DNA from: Hypanus sabinus
Taxonomy: Eukaryota
Direction of reading: 5' to 3'
DNA length: 64,000 nucleotides
Assembly (NCBI RefSeq): GCF_030144855.1
Contig: NC_082715.1
Coordinates: 145,948,001 to 146,012,000, forward strand
The position numbers and the translations under genes were made by a program. This document shows, in pieces, positions 1 to 12,039 of this stretch (its first letter is position 1; every line of letters starts with the position of its first letter). A model generated the notes under the pieces. That model had not been told where the DNA came from, searched no databases, and saw only the letters and a list, made by a program, of their open reading frames with translations.

Positions 1-899
1 CTGTACCTTCATAATTCTCTGCCTGTTAAAGTTGAGCAACAAATTCCAGACAGGTGTGGCAGATGGGGAAGACTACTGTGTAGCTTGTTGGCTCAGCTGT
101 AATTTGAAGCTAAACTTCATCCCAACACAAGTTGTCATTGTTAAACTTGTTTTATATCTGTCCCAGGATGTTGCTGGAAATCTGAAATAAAAACACAACG
201 TGCTGGATCTACTCAGTAGGTCAGGCAGCATGTGCGGCAGAAGTGACCAAGTTGGCTCTTCTTAAAGACCTTCCATCAGATTTTACTGAGATCAAAGGGA
301 GACATAAGGGACAGCAGATGCTGGAATCTGGAGCTAAAAACAAACTGCTGGAGGAACTCAGCGCGTCAAGCAGCACCTGTGGAGGACAGGGATACGGTTT
401 AGGATAAAAGGGATAATTAGATGTATTTTCTTGTAGTGAAAGATGATCATGAAAGCAATCTGATGACCTAAAACATTAAATGTGCTTCTTATTCCACAGA
501 TACTATGTGATTTGCTGAGTATTTCTAACTTGCCCAGTAGAGACTGAATATAAATATACATTAGATCCATCTGGTTCTGTTTATTGTCCGATGTGATTGT
601 AACTTTGGTCTACACAGTAATTGCTAAACCACAATAGATTTGCAACAAAATGAATAGAATAATTCCAAGTATATTGCGAATAATGTTATTCTTTAAAATA
701 AGTTCTGTTGCTGATACAGAACTTGCATTATTATAAAATCCTAATGCAGAAAATAATCAGGAATATATTGTCCATCAAGCTCCAGCAGTAAAAAATGGTG
801 GTGTTCCAAATACGTCCATAATGGAGCAGTTAATGACAAGTTCAATAAAGTAGAGGGACACAAACAGAAGACTTGTACTAAGTCATCTAATAGTGAATA

Positions 900-1625
900 T
901 TCAAGATTGAAGATTGTTTACCATTATTTCCTGTACACAAGTGTAAAGGAGAACGAAATAATTGTTGTTCCACATTTGATGCAGCACAAAAAACAAAATT
1001 AAGATGACACAAAAATAAAAACACAATAAATATAAATACATGAGGTTTCTTATATAAATAGATTAATTTTGTCCATAAGTGAATCTAGGCACAGGAGTGT
1101 CTGTACTTAAGGTGGCTGACAGGAACTGATAAAGCAGTGGTGGAGGGATGGGTTAGTAGGTGGAGGGATGGGTTAGTAGGTGGAGGGAGGGTTAGTAGGT
1201 GGAGGGAGGGTTAGTAGGTGGAGGGATGGGTTAGTAGGTGGAGGGATGGGTTAGTAGGTGGAGGGATGGGTTAGTGGGTGGAGGGATGGGTTAGTGGGTG
1301 GAGGGATGGGTTAGTAGGTGGAGGGATGGGTTAGTAGGTGGAGGGATGGGTTAGTAGGTGGAGGGATGGGTTAGTAGGTGGAGGGATGGGTTAGTAGGAG
1401 GGATGGGTTAGTGGGTGGAGGGATGGGTTAGTGGGTGGAGGGATGGGTTAGTAGGTGGAGGGATGGGTTAGTAGGTGGAGGGATGGGTTAGTAGGTGGAG
1501 GGATGGGTTAGTGGGTGGAGGGATTGATCAGCCTTGCTGCTAGGGGAAAGTCACTGTTTTGGAGTCTGGTCTTCCTGGTTAGATGCTACATGGCCTCCTC
1601 CCTGATGGGAGTAGTACAAACAGTA
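900..1625 (-). mobile_element. Rex1/Babar-type LINE 3' fragment
   Basis: (TTCAAGA)n-like tail, then sequence resembling the other Rex1 3' ends in the window. Confidence 0.55.
1140..1522. repeat. 20-bp G-rich minisatellite (TGGAGGGATGGGTTAGTRGG), 19 copies
   Basis: Direct count; embedded in a LINE 3'-end fragment (about 900-1625). Confidence 0.97.
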
Positions 1626-3039
1626 CGTATTTCAGAATGTGATAAGGAGAGTGAAATGTAACGCAAGAAAGCCACTTCTGAGGCTACAGAATTGACAAAG
1701 CAGAAGAACAGATACGAGGTAAGCAATAAAATAAGCAAGTAGTTTTCATTTGAAGAGTAACAATTCCTGTGCAGATTCAGATTTATTTATCATATCTACA
1801 TTGAAACACACAGTGAAATGTGTCATTTGGGTTAACAAACTGCATATCCTAGGATGTGCTGGGGGCAGCCCACAAGCGTTGCCACACATTCCAGCACAAA
1901 CATAGAATGCCCACAGTGCCTGCCAGAAGAACAAAACAGAACATACAAAGCAACAACAGTGAAACAAGTCCCATTCCCAGCAAGGCACATACAGTCTTCT
2001 AACCCTTGTACAGGCCATCTTCAGCCTCCAGCGGACACACTGGGACCTGGCTCGCAAAGATTCACAGACTCAGGCATCTGGGCCTCAACTTCTGGACTTC
2101 CCGAAGATATGCAAGGGAAAGGGAGACTCCAGGTAATTTTCAATAATCGGGTGGCAAAAGCCGACTGACAAGACTAGGTTGTTACCAAGTCATATTGTGA
2201 GAGGCCTTGTGAGCCTTGTGCGGATGTTCAGCCTTGAGCAATATGACCAGTCTAAGTTGTCAAAATGCATCGAGAAAGCTAATATTAAGAAATATCGTTC
2301 AAGGATTAAATGAGCAAATAATGAGTGTTTCTTCAATTCCATCAGTGCCTCTGAAATGAGAGAATCTCCAGACTGTTTCGAAGAGGATACTGCTCCCAGT
2401 CTTATACTGGAAGAATGAAAGGCCATGTATTGTTAATAAACTTGATGATTTTATAGAAGTCTCAGTAACATTGCTATTCTAAGAAAACTAACAATTTAAA
2501 TATATTGATAACCGGAGGTGAATTACTAGAGCATCAATCATATTCAGGTTATTTACAAGTGTAATTAATTTTTGCCATAAACTACAGAACACTCTGAGGA
2601 ATATAATCAGCATCTCAAATACTGTTCCCAGATCTATAATATCTCACTTCATATTTGGTAGTAATTATGGGATTTTCAGACAGATCAGAAATGGTGGACA
2701 CAAATAAGCTACTTTGGAAATTTATGTTTTCACAGAAAGTCATGGAAATGTGTCTGTGTTACCTCCAAATACTGGTGCTGACCTGCCAAAAATACTTTAG
2801 AATGCCAATGACAAATTTTGTATGCTTCATTTGAGTTAATAATGGTCAATAAAGATTGATTGTTTTGATCAGAGTAGCTCACGTACTGCAGCATCGTGCT
2901 TGCCCATATGTGTCCAATAGTTGTGTGACACACAAGATTAATTTCCAGTTGAATTTTCAGCACATTTGTCCAAGTTACAAATGGTTCTCTTGAATTGAAG
3001 ACCAGGTTTTTGATAACGTAGAACATAGGAACTCTGAAT

Positions 3040-3565
3040 AGGCAGCACTTGGATTACCATGAGAAATTATAGTTGCCCCATTACAGGAAGGATGTGGAGG
3101 TTTTGGAAAGAATACAGAAGACGTTTACAGGACGCTGACTGGATTAGAAGGTGTGAATACAAGGACAGGTTGGATGTACCTGGGGTGTTTTCTGTGGAGT
3201 TCCAGAGGCTGAGGGGAGACCAAATAGAAGTTTATAAGATTGAGAGGGATAGACAGGATCATTTTCTCTGGTTAGTAGAGGGCATACAGTCAAGGTGTGA
3301 AGGGGAAAGTTTAAAAGAGTTGTGCAGGGCACGTTTCCCCCTCCCCCACCCCACTACCACTGCCACCAAGAAAGGTGCCTGGAATGGGCAGCTGGTGGGA
3401 GTGGTGGTAGAATACAGATACAGTCAGACCAACATGGGTCTGAGGAGAATGGAGGGATAGGGGTCATGTATAGGTAGAAGTGAATTAGTTTAATTCTGCC
3501 TCATGTCTGGGGCAGAAGTTACTGGATTAAGGGGCGGTTCCTGTTTGTACTGTTCTGTATTCTAT
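3040..3565 (+). mobile_element. CR1 LINE 3' fragment (degenerate)
   Basis: Remnants of PHYRKDV..LE.VQRRF and RLRGDLIEVYKI; CR1-type tail. Confidence 0.75.
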
Positions 3566-3665
3566 AACAGTTTAACTTCACGAGCCTGATCCATCTGCCT
3601 GCAGTCACAGCACAATTCACTTCCTGACTGCCCTCAACCACAACGACCAAGCCTGGAATCCCCGT

Positions 3666-4760
3666 TGTTGTGTATTTAGTATTCCAGTAATATTTGTGTA
3701 ATATTGTAAACATATTGCTTAAATGTTCTTTGTTGTTTACATGATTAATTACAGGTTATATGTAAAAGTATGTGAATGGCACACATCATCTCAGTGAAGT
3801 AAAATGAAGTAGACATTTTATCCCCGGGCTCCTGTGTTTTTCTTTCAATTAATTTCTGGGGTAATAAAACATAAACCATGGCAACAAGGTAGTTTTAAAA
3901 TGAACTTGAGAAAATTACCTACCTGTTGAAGTGCAGACCATTTTTCCCCCCTCTGGAAAGGCAAAAGAAACATTATTTTTTTTTAAATGCAGCGCGTGTC
4001 TCTTCAGAAGGGGGAGAGAGAGAGAGAGACGGTTGAGTTTAAAAAGAAAGCAGAAAATGGATGAAATTCATGGGTTCATAAAAAGTGAGTACCCGGTAAT
4101 AATAATACATTTCTTAAAAAGGCAGAAATGGCTGGCTACATCAGAAAGATAGACTTATTTGGTTACACACCAGATAACAGAGTGGTGTATACTGAATTAA
4201 TTGAGCAATATTTTAAAGTGAATAAAATTGCCAATGAAAAGCAAGTGCCAGCTTTGCTGAGTGCATTGGGTTTAATGGCATACAGTTTGCTTAGGAGCTT
4301 GACTGCTCCAACCAAACCAGTCGAAATCAGCTTTGCTGATGTTGTGAAAGTAATGCAGGAACATTTAGAACCAAAATAATTGTTTATTGCAGAACACTTC
4401 AGGTTGCATAGGAGGAATCAAAAGGAAGGGGAGTTCATTTCAACTTGCATGGCTGAATTGAAAAAATTGTCTGAGTATTGTCAGTTCAGTGATGGGCTTA
4501 ATGATATACTGAGATGGTTTAGCTTGTGGAATCTTACAAGAAAACATTCAAAAACAGCTAACTGAAGTCATATTTAAAAGAGCAGTTGAAATTGCTGTAT
4601 CAATAGAAACAGCAGCCAGAAATGCAATCGAGTTTCAGTCAGGAATGAAAGTGAGCATGACAAAATTGCAATGTCTGAACAGAAACAAGCTTGGCTGAAT
4701 AAATTGTGTTACTGGTGAGGCAGGGGCTCGCCTACAGCAGACCAACGCAGGTTTAAAAAT
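3666..4760 (+). mobile_element. Gypsy (Mag-like) LTR retrotransposon remnant: LTR, PBS and gag pseudogene
   Basis: TGT start; TGGCAACAAGG PBS-like site near 3879; gag peptides YFKVNKIANEKQVPALLSALG..AYSLLRSLTAPTKP and IAEHFRLHRRNQKEGE, with stops. Confidence 0.8.
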
Positions 4761-6119
4761 GAAGTGAATTGAAGTTGCCATGTTTGAAACAGCAGAAAAT
4801 TTGGCACTCATGGCAAAGAGAGGTGCCCCTATGAATGTTTTTAGGAACCAACTATCCCCTCCAGCTGTGAATACAGCTGTTACCTTTATATCAAAAATAG
4901 ATTTCCACTTTGTTGGCAGAGCCAGACTTGACTTCTGCAATACAGCAGTGAACAGCAAAGCACCTATGTATATTTCTTTTCAATAGATGCTGCCTATAGG
5001 TGAGGCTTCTGATTGTTAAAGTAACCCAGCCTTTGACAAAGAGCTGTCCAACAACCCTGCCTAAACAGTAAATAAAAACACAAGTGTCTCCACTGCTTCA
5101 GAGGTGATCACAGCTCTCAGCAACCTTGCCCCAGATCTTTAACATTTTGCTATGAGCTGAAACGTTGTAAAATTCAATAACTGTATTGGCCACATGGAGA
5201 ATGTTGCACTCTGGGTGAGCATAACTTCTACACTGACAGCAAAAAAAAAAGAGTGCAGCGTTCCCAAATACCGAGGTACTCACAGAGATTCCCTCTGTTG
5301 TTCTGGGCAATTTCCCTCTATTAGTGGTCTTTACATCAGGAGCTACCTCCTGTAAAACACAGCTCTTTAGAAGCCTTCTTCCAAGTACCTGGGAAAATCT
5401 GCCATTCCTCAGTCTGCTTCCTCCATGCAACTCCTGTGGTAGCCTTCCACACAAACTCTCTCCAGTAGCCAGTTGCATTGTGGTGTGACCTTGTAATGTC
5501 CATTTCTTGAGGTCAGATCCTATCTCCTATCTTCAAGAGCTCCTGATAGAGAGTTGCACTACATGAGAGAACCTCCTCACGCTGTTTTGGCAACAACACA
5601 TGATTATTTTTAAAGATTCAAAGTACATTTATTATCAAAGTATGTAAGTAGTACACAACCCTGAGATTTGTCTTCCCACAGACAGCCACAAAACAAAAAT
5701 ATACCATTAAAATAGCTTATAATGGGATTGCTGACACCATTTTAACACAGGAAATGTCGGTCAGGTGAAATATTTTAGCTTATGTCTGTAAAAGTTAATA
5801 AACTGGGAAAAACAAAATGGGACTGAAAGTTGTCATTTGATCACCATCTCTACATGTCTGTGTATGTGAATGAGAGTTGCTGTTCTCTTTCTTGTTCTCT
5901 ACATTGCTGATTCATGACAAATTAGACTGCATTTGTGAGTACAGAGAGCCTCACAAGCATTTGCCATCGGTGAACCAAATTTCTCTGCTAGTCATTGAAG
6001 CTTATTCTCTGCCACAAACATAATGCCCAAAAGCAATCTGCAGGGAACAAAATGCATATATTTGTGGATTTCACCTTTCTTTTTCTTATTAACATCATCT
6101 AGTTCCCCTAGATTGTCAG

Positions 6120-6310
6120 AATGTATGTAAAGAGTCTGTACGTCCACTCCATGACGTGTGCAATTCCATCAGGTGCTCCAGTTTTCTCACATATTTTAAA
6201 TGTGTATGGATTAGGCTTAATTGGTCACCTGGGTGTAATTGTGTGGTGTGGGCTCATTAGGCCCAAAGGACCTATTACCGTGTGCTCTCTCTAAATAAAG
6301 TAAAATACAA
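6120..6310 (+). mobile_element. V-domain SINE (HE1-like) fragment
   Basis: GGTGCTCCAGTTTTCTC core and CTCTAAATAAA tail, as in the copy at 38085. Confidence 0.6.
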
Positions 6311-6804
6311 AATGTGTCACAGATGCACCAATTAGGAGATAGAGCTGTTCTCCCTTAAAGGCATTATTCAATCCAGACTGTTTCAGAAAACATCCATTAC
6401 TATTGATACAATTAATAGATAAATGCCTATGAAATGTGTGTGCTCTACTTCTGGGCCACTTTTTAAATTCAATTTTAACCTGTGTGAGATAAATGGGTTC
6501 ACATCCAGATTAAAACAATGGAGAAAGGAATACCATTTCCAGTCTGTCTGATAACACACTATCATGCCTGTCTTTCCGACACGCCAACATCCCATCAGTC
6601 GATAATCTGCTAAGAGGATTATCACTGAATATCATGAATAGGGAGAGAGAGTGAGTGGCTCTATGGCCAGAATAAAAGTTCATATTTGTACTAAAGAGAA
6701 GATCAATTTAACAAAGTGTTAATTCCTAGTTTAGAAGTTAACTGCAGCCTGTGACTAGTTCAACACTGCAGCACTTACAATGTAATACGCCCTCCCCTTC
6801 CCAA

Positions 6805-7275
6805 TTTGAATTCAATTGAATTGACTTTATTACTTACATCCTTCATATGCATGAGTAAAAATCTTTACGCTACATCTCCGTCGAAATGTGCAATTATAGT
6901 AATTTATAATAAATATTATGTACAACAGGATAGTCACTATAACATAGAAATACAGTTGTGTCAGCATGAATTAATCAGTCTGATGGCCTGGTGGAAGAAG
7001 CTGTCCCGGAGCCTGTTGGTCCTGGTTTTTATGCTGCGGTTCAGTCTCCCAGATGGCAGCAGCTGGAACAGTTTGTGGTTGGGGTGATTCGGGTCTCCAA
7101 TGATCCTTCAGACCCCTTTTGCACACCTGTCACTGCAAGTATCCTCAATAGTGGGAAGATCACATCTACAGATGTGCTGGGACTCTGCAGAGTCCTGCGA
7201 TTGGTGAAAGTACTGTTCCCATGCCAGGCAGTGATGCAGCCAGTCAGGATGCTCTCAATTGTGCCCCTGTAGACA
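6805..7275 (-). mobile_element. Rex1/Babar LINE 3' fragment
   Basis: (AATTG)n tail; antisense reads like the C-terminal ..ESILTGCITAW.. region. Confidence 0.7.
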
Positions 7276-8239
7276 TTCCTAATGTAACTACTTGATGTTT
7301 ACTCTTTTTTTCTGTGAAACAAGGTCCCATTAATTCAATCATCACCTTAAACTCCTTGAAATTTATCCAGTTGACTGAGCAAAGCATCCAATATTCACTG
7401 TGTGGCATTCAAACAGAAAGTCTTTTAATAGAGATTGGGCTGCTGTTTAAAAACAGTAATCGCTTCTCTGTTTTTCATTAGATCCAGCCAACATTATTGT
7501 TTTTAGGAAATATGTTTGCTTTGATCGGAATTCCATTTCTAAATGGAATTCCTACTAAACCCATGATTTAATTTAAATATGAATTAGATTCATTGAATGC
7601 TTCTTTGATCGTTATCAGTTAGTATTTTATATTACAATGATGCAGTGCCTTTCTATAAACAATATGCCTGTACAACTGAGCAACTGATTGAATACACCAC
7701 AATAGCATAACATTTGAAATTGTTCTCCAAATGCTAATCTCAATGTCTGGGTCTGGATTTAAAAACAATCTCAACATACATACATACTTACGTAAGTCTT
7801 TGAACAGAAATAGCATGTTAGCCTTCTGCCACAGCATCTCAACACGCTTCCTCAATTTTACCCCCCAGCACTGTTCAAAGTACATATAGAACACCATATA
7901 GTATCTTGAGGTTCATTTCCCTGCAGGCATTTACAAGAGGTAAAGAAAAACAATGGAGTGTATGAAAAAACTATAAATAATTATAAATGGAAAACTAATA
8001 TGCAAAAAACATCATGCAAATATAAAACAAATAAATAAATAAGACTTGCAACACGATGGAATCTGAAGATGCTGGAAATAAATGAAAATACAAAATGCTG
8101 GCAGAACTCAGCAGGCCAGACAGCATCTATGGGAGGAGGTAGTGACAACATTTCGGGCCGAAACCCTTCATTAGGAGACGAAGGGGTCTATCTGGCCTGC
8201 TGATTTCTGCCAGCATTTTGTGTTTTTATGATAAGACGA

Positions 8240-9657
8240 GCCATGGTCAGTATGGTTTCCTTAAGGGCCAATGTTGCCTGACAAATATGTAAGAATGCTT
8301 TAAGAATCTAACAAGCAGGATAGTCAAAGAAGAATTTGTGGATGTTGTGTTATGTTGTATCACGAGACTGTTTAGCAAGATACAAGTCCATGGAATTACA
8401 GGAAATATACTAGTGTAGATAGAGCATTGGCTGATGAAGGGTCTTAGCCCAAACTGTCGACTGTACTCTTTTCCCTGGATATTGCCCGGCCTGCTGAGTT
8501 CCTCCAGCATTGTGTGCGTGTGTAGCAGTGCATTGGTTGATTGGCAGGAGGCGAAGAGTGGGAATAAAGGGAGCATTTTCTGACTGGCTGCTGGTGACTA
8601 ATGTTGCTCTGAAAGGGTCGGTTCTGGGACTGCTTCTTTTTACAGTGTATGTCGACGATTTGGATAATTGAATTGATGGCTTTGTAGCCATGTTTGCGGA
8701 CGATATGGAGATAGGTGGAGGGCCAAGTCGTCTTGAGGAAGCAGGGAGGCTGCAGAAGGACTTAGACAGATTAGGAGAAAGGGCAAAGAACTGGCAATAT
8801 CAGGAAGAGTATGGTTATGCAATTTGGCAGGAGTAAAAGTGTGGACTATTTTCTAATGGGAGAAAATTCCAAATTCTGAGGTGCAAAGGGACTTGGAAGT
8901 CTTCCTGCAGGATTCCCTTGAGTTTAACTTTGCAGATTAAGTTGGGGTGAGAAAGGCAAATGCAATGTTAGTATTCATTTCAAAAGGACTGGAATATAAA
9001 AGCAAGGATGTGATGCGGAGGCTTCATAAGGCACTGGTGAGGCCTCACTTGGAGTATTGGGAGCAGCTTGGACCCCTTATCTAAGAAAGGATGTGCTGAC
9101 ATTGGAGAGGGTTCAAAGGAGGTTCATGAAAATGGTTCCAGGAATGAAAGGCTTGTCATATGAGGAGTGTCTGACGGCTCTGGGTCTGAACTTGCTGGAA
9201 TTTAGAAGGATGAGGAGGGGTCTCATTGAATCTTATCGAATGTTGAAAGGCCTAGAGTGGATGTGGAGAGAATGTTTCCTGTAGTGGGGGAGTCTTGGAC
9301 CAGAGGACACAGATAGAGTGGATGTGGAGAGAATGTTTCCTGTAGTGGTGGAATCTCGGACCAGAGACACAGATAGAGTGGACGAGGAGAGGATGTTTCC
9401 TGTAGTAGAGGCGTCTCGGACCAGAGGACACAGATAGAGTGGATGTGGAGAGGATGTTTCCTGTAGTGGAGGAGTCTCGGACCAGAGGACACAGATAGAG
9501 TGGAGGTGGAGAGGATGTTTCCTGTAGTGGGGGAGTCTCGGACCAAACCTCAGAATAGAAGGATGTCCCTTCAAAACAGAGTTGAGGAGGAATTTCTTTA
9601 GCCAGAGGGTGGTGAAACTGTGGAGTTCATTGCCACTGGCAGCTGTGGAGGCCAGGT
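8240..9657 (+). mobile_element. CR1 LINE RT fragment with an inserted Penelope-derived piece and an internal tandem expansion
   Basis: QYGFLKG..CLTN, FADD and RPHLEY..WTPYLRKDVLTLERVQRRF motifs, with frameshifts. Confidence 0.85.
9253..9545 (+). repeat. About 61-bp tandem repeat, ~5 copies, inside the CR1 3' region
   Basis: Unit ATAGAGTGGATGTGGAGAGGATGTTTCCTGTAGTGGGGGAGTCTCGGACCAGAGGACACAG. Confidence 0.92.
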
Positions 9658-10289
9658 CAGAGATTGGGAGATTTTTGGTAAGTGTATTTAATTTATATCT
9701 ATAGGAAATTCCTTCACTATATGGAGTGTAAATCTTGCAATACCTTATCAAACATCATCAGAGGAACACCACTGAGAATGGTATCACTGAATCAGGCTTT
9801 GCAACCATCAGCTGCACCATGACAGCGAGTAAACACCACTTGTCAATGCTTGCATTTTTTAACTGATAGCGCCACATTCTCTGTAATGATAAATTTGCAC
9901 GGTTATTTCTTGATTATATGTTTCAACACCTTCTCTACACTGAGTGCGATCAAAATCTATAAGCTAGGTAAGGAAGGCCAAAGACGGCCTGCCCTGGGAT
10001 CAAAGGACTGTGTTGCGTTTGATGGTACACATGCATACAGTTGAATGTCAATAAACTGAACTTAACATGGAGTCAGTTTGTTTCTTCCTGCATAACGTTG
10101 TAATACGTTCAACTAACATAAAATTGTACAGAAACCTCATTCTACCTCAATTCAAATAACAGAAATCTGTCAATAGACAAAAAAAAATGTAAGAAACTCG
10201 TAGGAAATTGTGGTTAGTTTCAGGACAGAATTCCTGGAATTTAGTTAATTTATTTGTAAAGCACATTAAAGGAGACACAACACCATAAA

Positions 10290-11215
10290 CTACAGGCAAG
10301 TTAGCTCAAGATTTGGAGACTATACTCAAGGAAGAAATAGCCAGTCGTATTAAAAACCAGCGTAATTAAGCCGAGGCAATATGGTTTTATAAAAGGTAAA
10401 TTATGTTAGACAGATTTGCTAAGGTTCTTTAAAGATGTAACAAGCAGAGTCAATTAAGCAAAACCTGTAGATAAGGCATATTTAGATTTACAAGGGGCCA
10501 CGTAGAAAGCAGGGCACAGAGCCCACAGTATTTGGGTAAATGAGTTGTCATGGACTGAAGACCAGTATTCCCATGAAGAGAGATTTGGAATATGTGAGTC
10601 TTTTTCAGGGAAATTAACTACTTTTGTGCCCAAGAATCAATTCTCGACCCTCAATTACTACAGTTTATATTACTGATGTGAAGAGGGAATGAAGCGTAAG
10701 GTGTGCAGTTTTGCAGATGGCTTGAAAATTAGCAGGAAGGAATAGTGCAATCTGGATTCTGCAATGGAATACAGAGGGCCTGAGTGCGTGGAAATGGAAC
10801 TGGAAAGCGCGAGGTCACCCACTTCAGCAAGAGGAATGAAAACCAAATATGAGAAATACAGAGGACCCAATGTGTTTTGGTGTATGCAGTTCCTTCTGGT
10901 TAGTTGGCAGGTGTAGCAAGGGGTGAGGAAGGCACTTGGCATATTGGCCTTTATAGCAAGGGACAAGTTACAAAGGACACTCACTTAAAAATGAGGTGGG
11001 TAGGGATTACTCCAGAGGAAATTCCTATCCCAGAAGGCTGTTAAGGATAGGTGACTGGACATAGATAAATGGGAGATAGATTTTTAATCGAAGATTGGGG
11101 AGTTGTGGCAAACTGACATAAAACAGATGCTGAAGCCAGGGTAAATCAGCTATGATTATATTGAATGAGGGGCCAAGTTTGTGGTCAAAAGGCTTACTCC
11201 CGATCTAATTTTCTT
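10290..11215 (+). mobile_element. Old CR1 LINE fragment
   Basis: Degenerate QYGF.KGK..L and FAD motifs; CR1 3'UTR. Confidence 0.65.
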
Positions 11216-12039
11216 GCATGCGCTCTTAAGCGACTGAAGAATCCAAAAGTATCAAAAAGTATGATCTGTTAATTTCATATCTTGATCTGTTTGTACCTCA
11301 ATGGTGCTACTATTTACAGTAAAAACTATTTTTAAAGAACCTTTTACATAAAAAAAATTAAAAGCAATTGTTTGGAAATTCTGATGGATAATTCATCAAT
11401 CAGCTTTGACTACGAGTACGATGCGTGACCGGAGGCAGCCCCGCAATCCTGAATACTGTACTGTAGTGGGGAGTGAGGCTAGAGTCAGGGAAGAGAGTCG
11501 ATAGGTTTGTAACCAGAGCTAGGGAGGGGAGTGCTCGTACCATTAAATGTACCGAGTTCAAGGGAACATTTACACAACAGAGTAAAGTGTGAAGAAAAAT
11601 GAAATAACATCGTGCTTGGACATTAATCGAGTAACATCCAACGACCTTGAAAATAGCAAATCTGGTTCTATCAACAACACGAGGATGCCGGTTTCTCCGA
11701 GTTTCACAATAGAGCTTAATTAACTTTTGAGCATCCTACCCAGAAACACTTCTTTAGGGTCTGTCTGTGGGGGAAAAAATCGAGTTATTCAACATTGTAT
11801 TCAAATACTTTACGTGTCTTGCTCATAAATTCTACGCATTTGATGCATGTGGCTGTCAGCCTCTTATTCCCATTAAAGAGGCTCACCGTGGCTTCAAACT
11901 TTAAATTTCAAAAAATCTATTAAATAAAGCCACAAAACATCGTTTAGTTTACTTTCTGCATCTCATTCATTTTACACCTTTATATAAGTACAATTCTTAA
12001 CAAGCATTCTCTCCGTAAGTGTAACTCCCAACTTTTCAC

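Noticed and set aside
1140-1522. Interstitial telomere or CRISPR-like array
   Set aside because: Only one GGGTTAG per 20-bp unit, no (TTAGGG)n run and no unique spacers; eukaryotic context.
2189-2247. SECIS element (GTGA...GA core)
   Set aside because: No AAR (or correctly spaced CC) apical motif, no internal loop below the core, and no selenoprotein exon in view.
5233-5283. Intron between a strong gtgagt donor and a T10-CAG acceptor (-)
   Set aside because: At 51 nt it is below the usual vertebrate minimum, so both sites are unlikely to be used together.
5200-5560. miR-130/301/454-like AGTGCAA seeds on the minus strand
   Set aside because: Only the seed matches; the remaining mature sequence and precursor geometry do not fit.
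7459-7620. 9-10 nt matches to U2 snRNA (ATCGCTTCTC, TTATCAGTT) suggesting a scaRNA guide
   Set aside because: Not positioned next to a D/D' box or in a pseudouridylation pocket; compatible with chance.
9755-9812. C/D snoRNA-like CTGATGG...CTGA...CTGA on the minus strand
   Set aside because: Non-canonical C box, no terminal stem, no recognisable guide target, and it overlaps a candidate exon.
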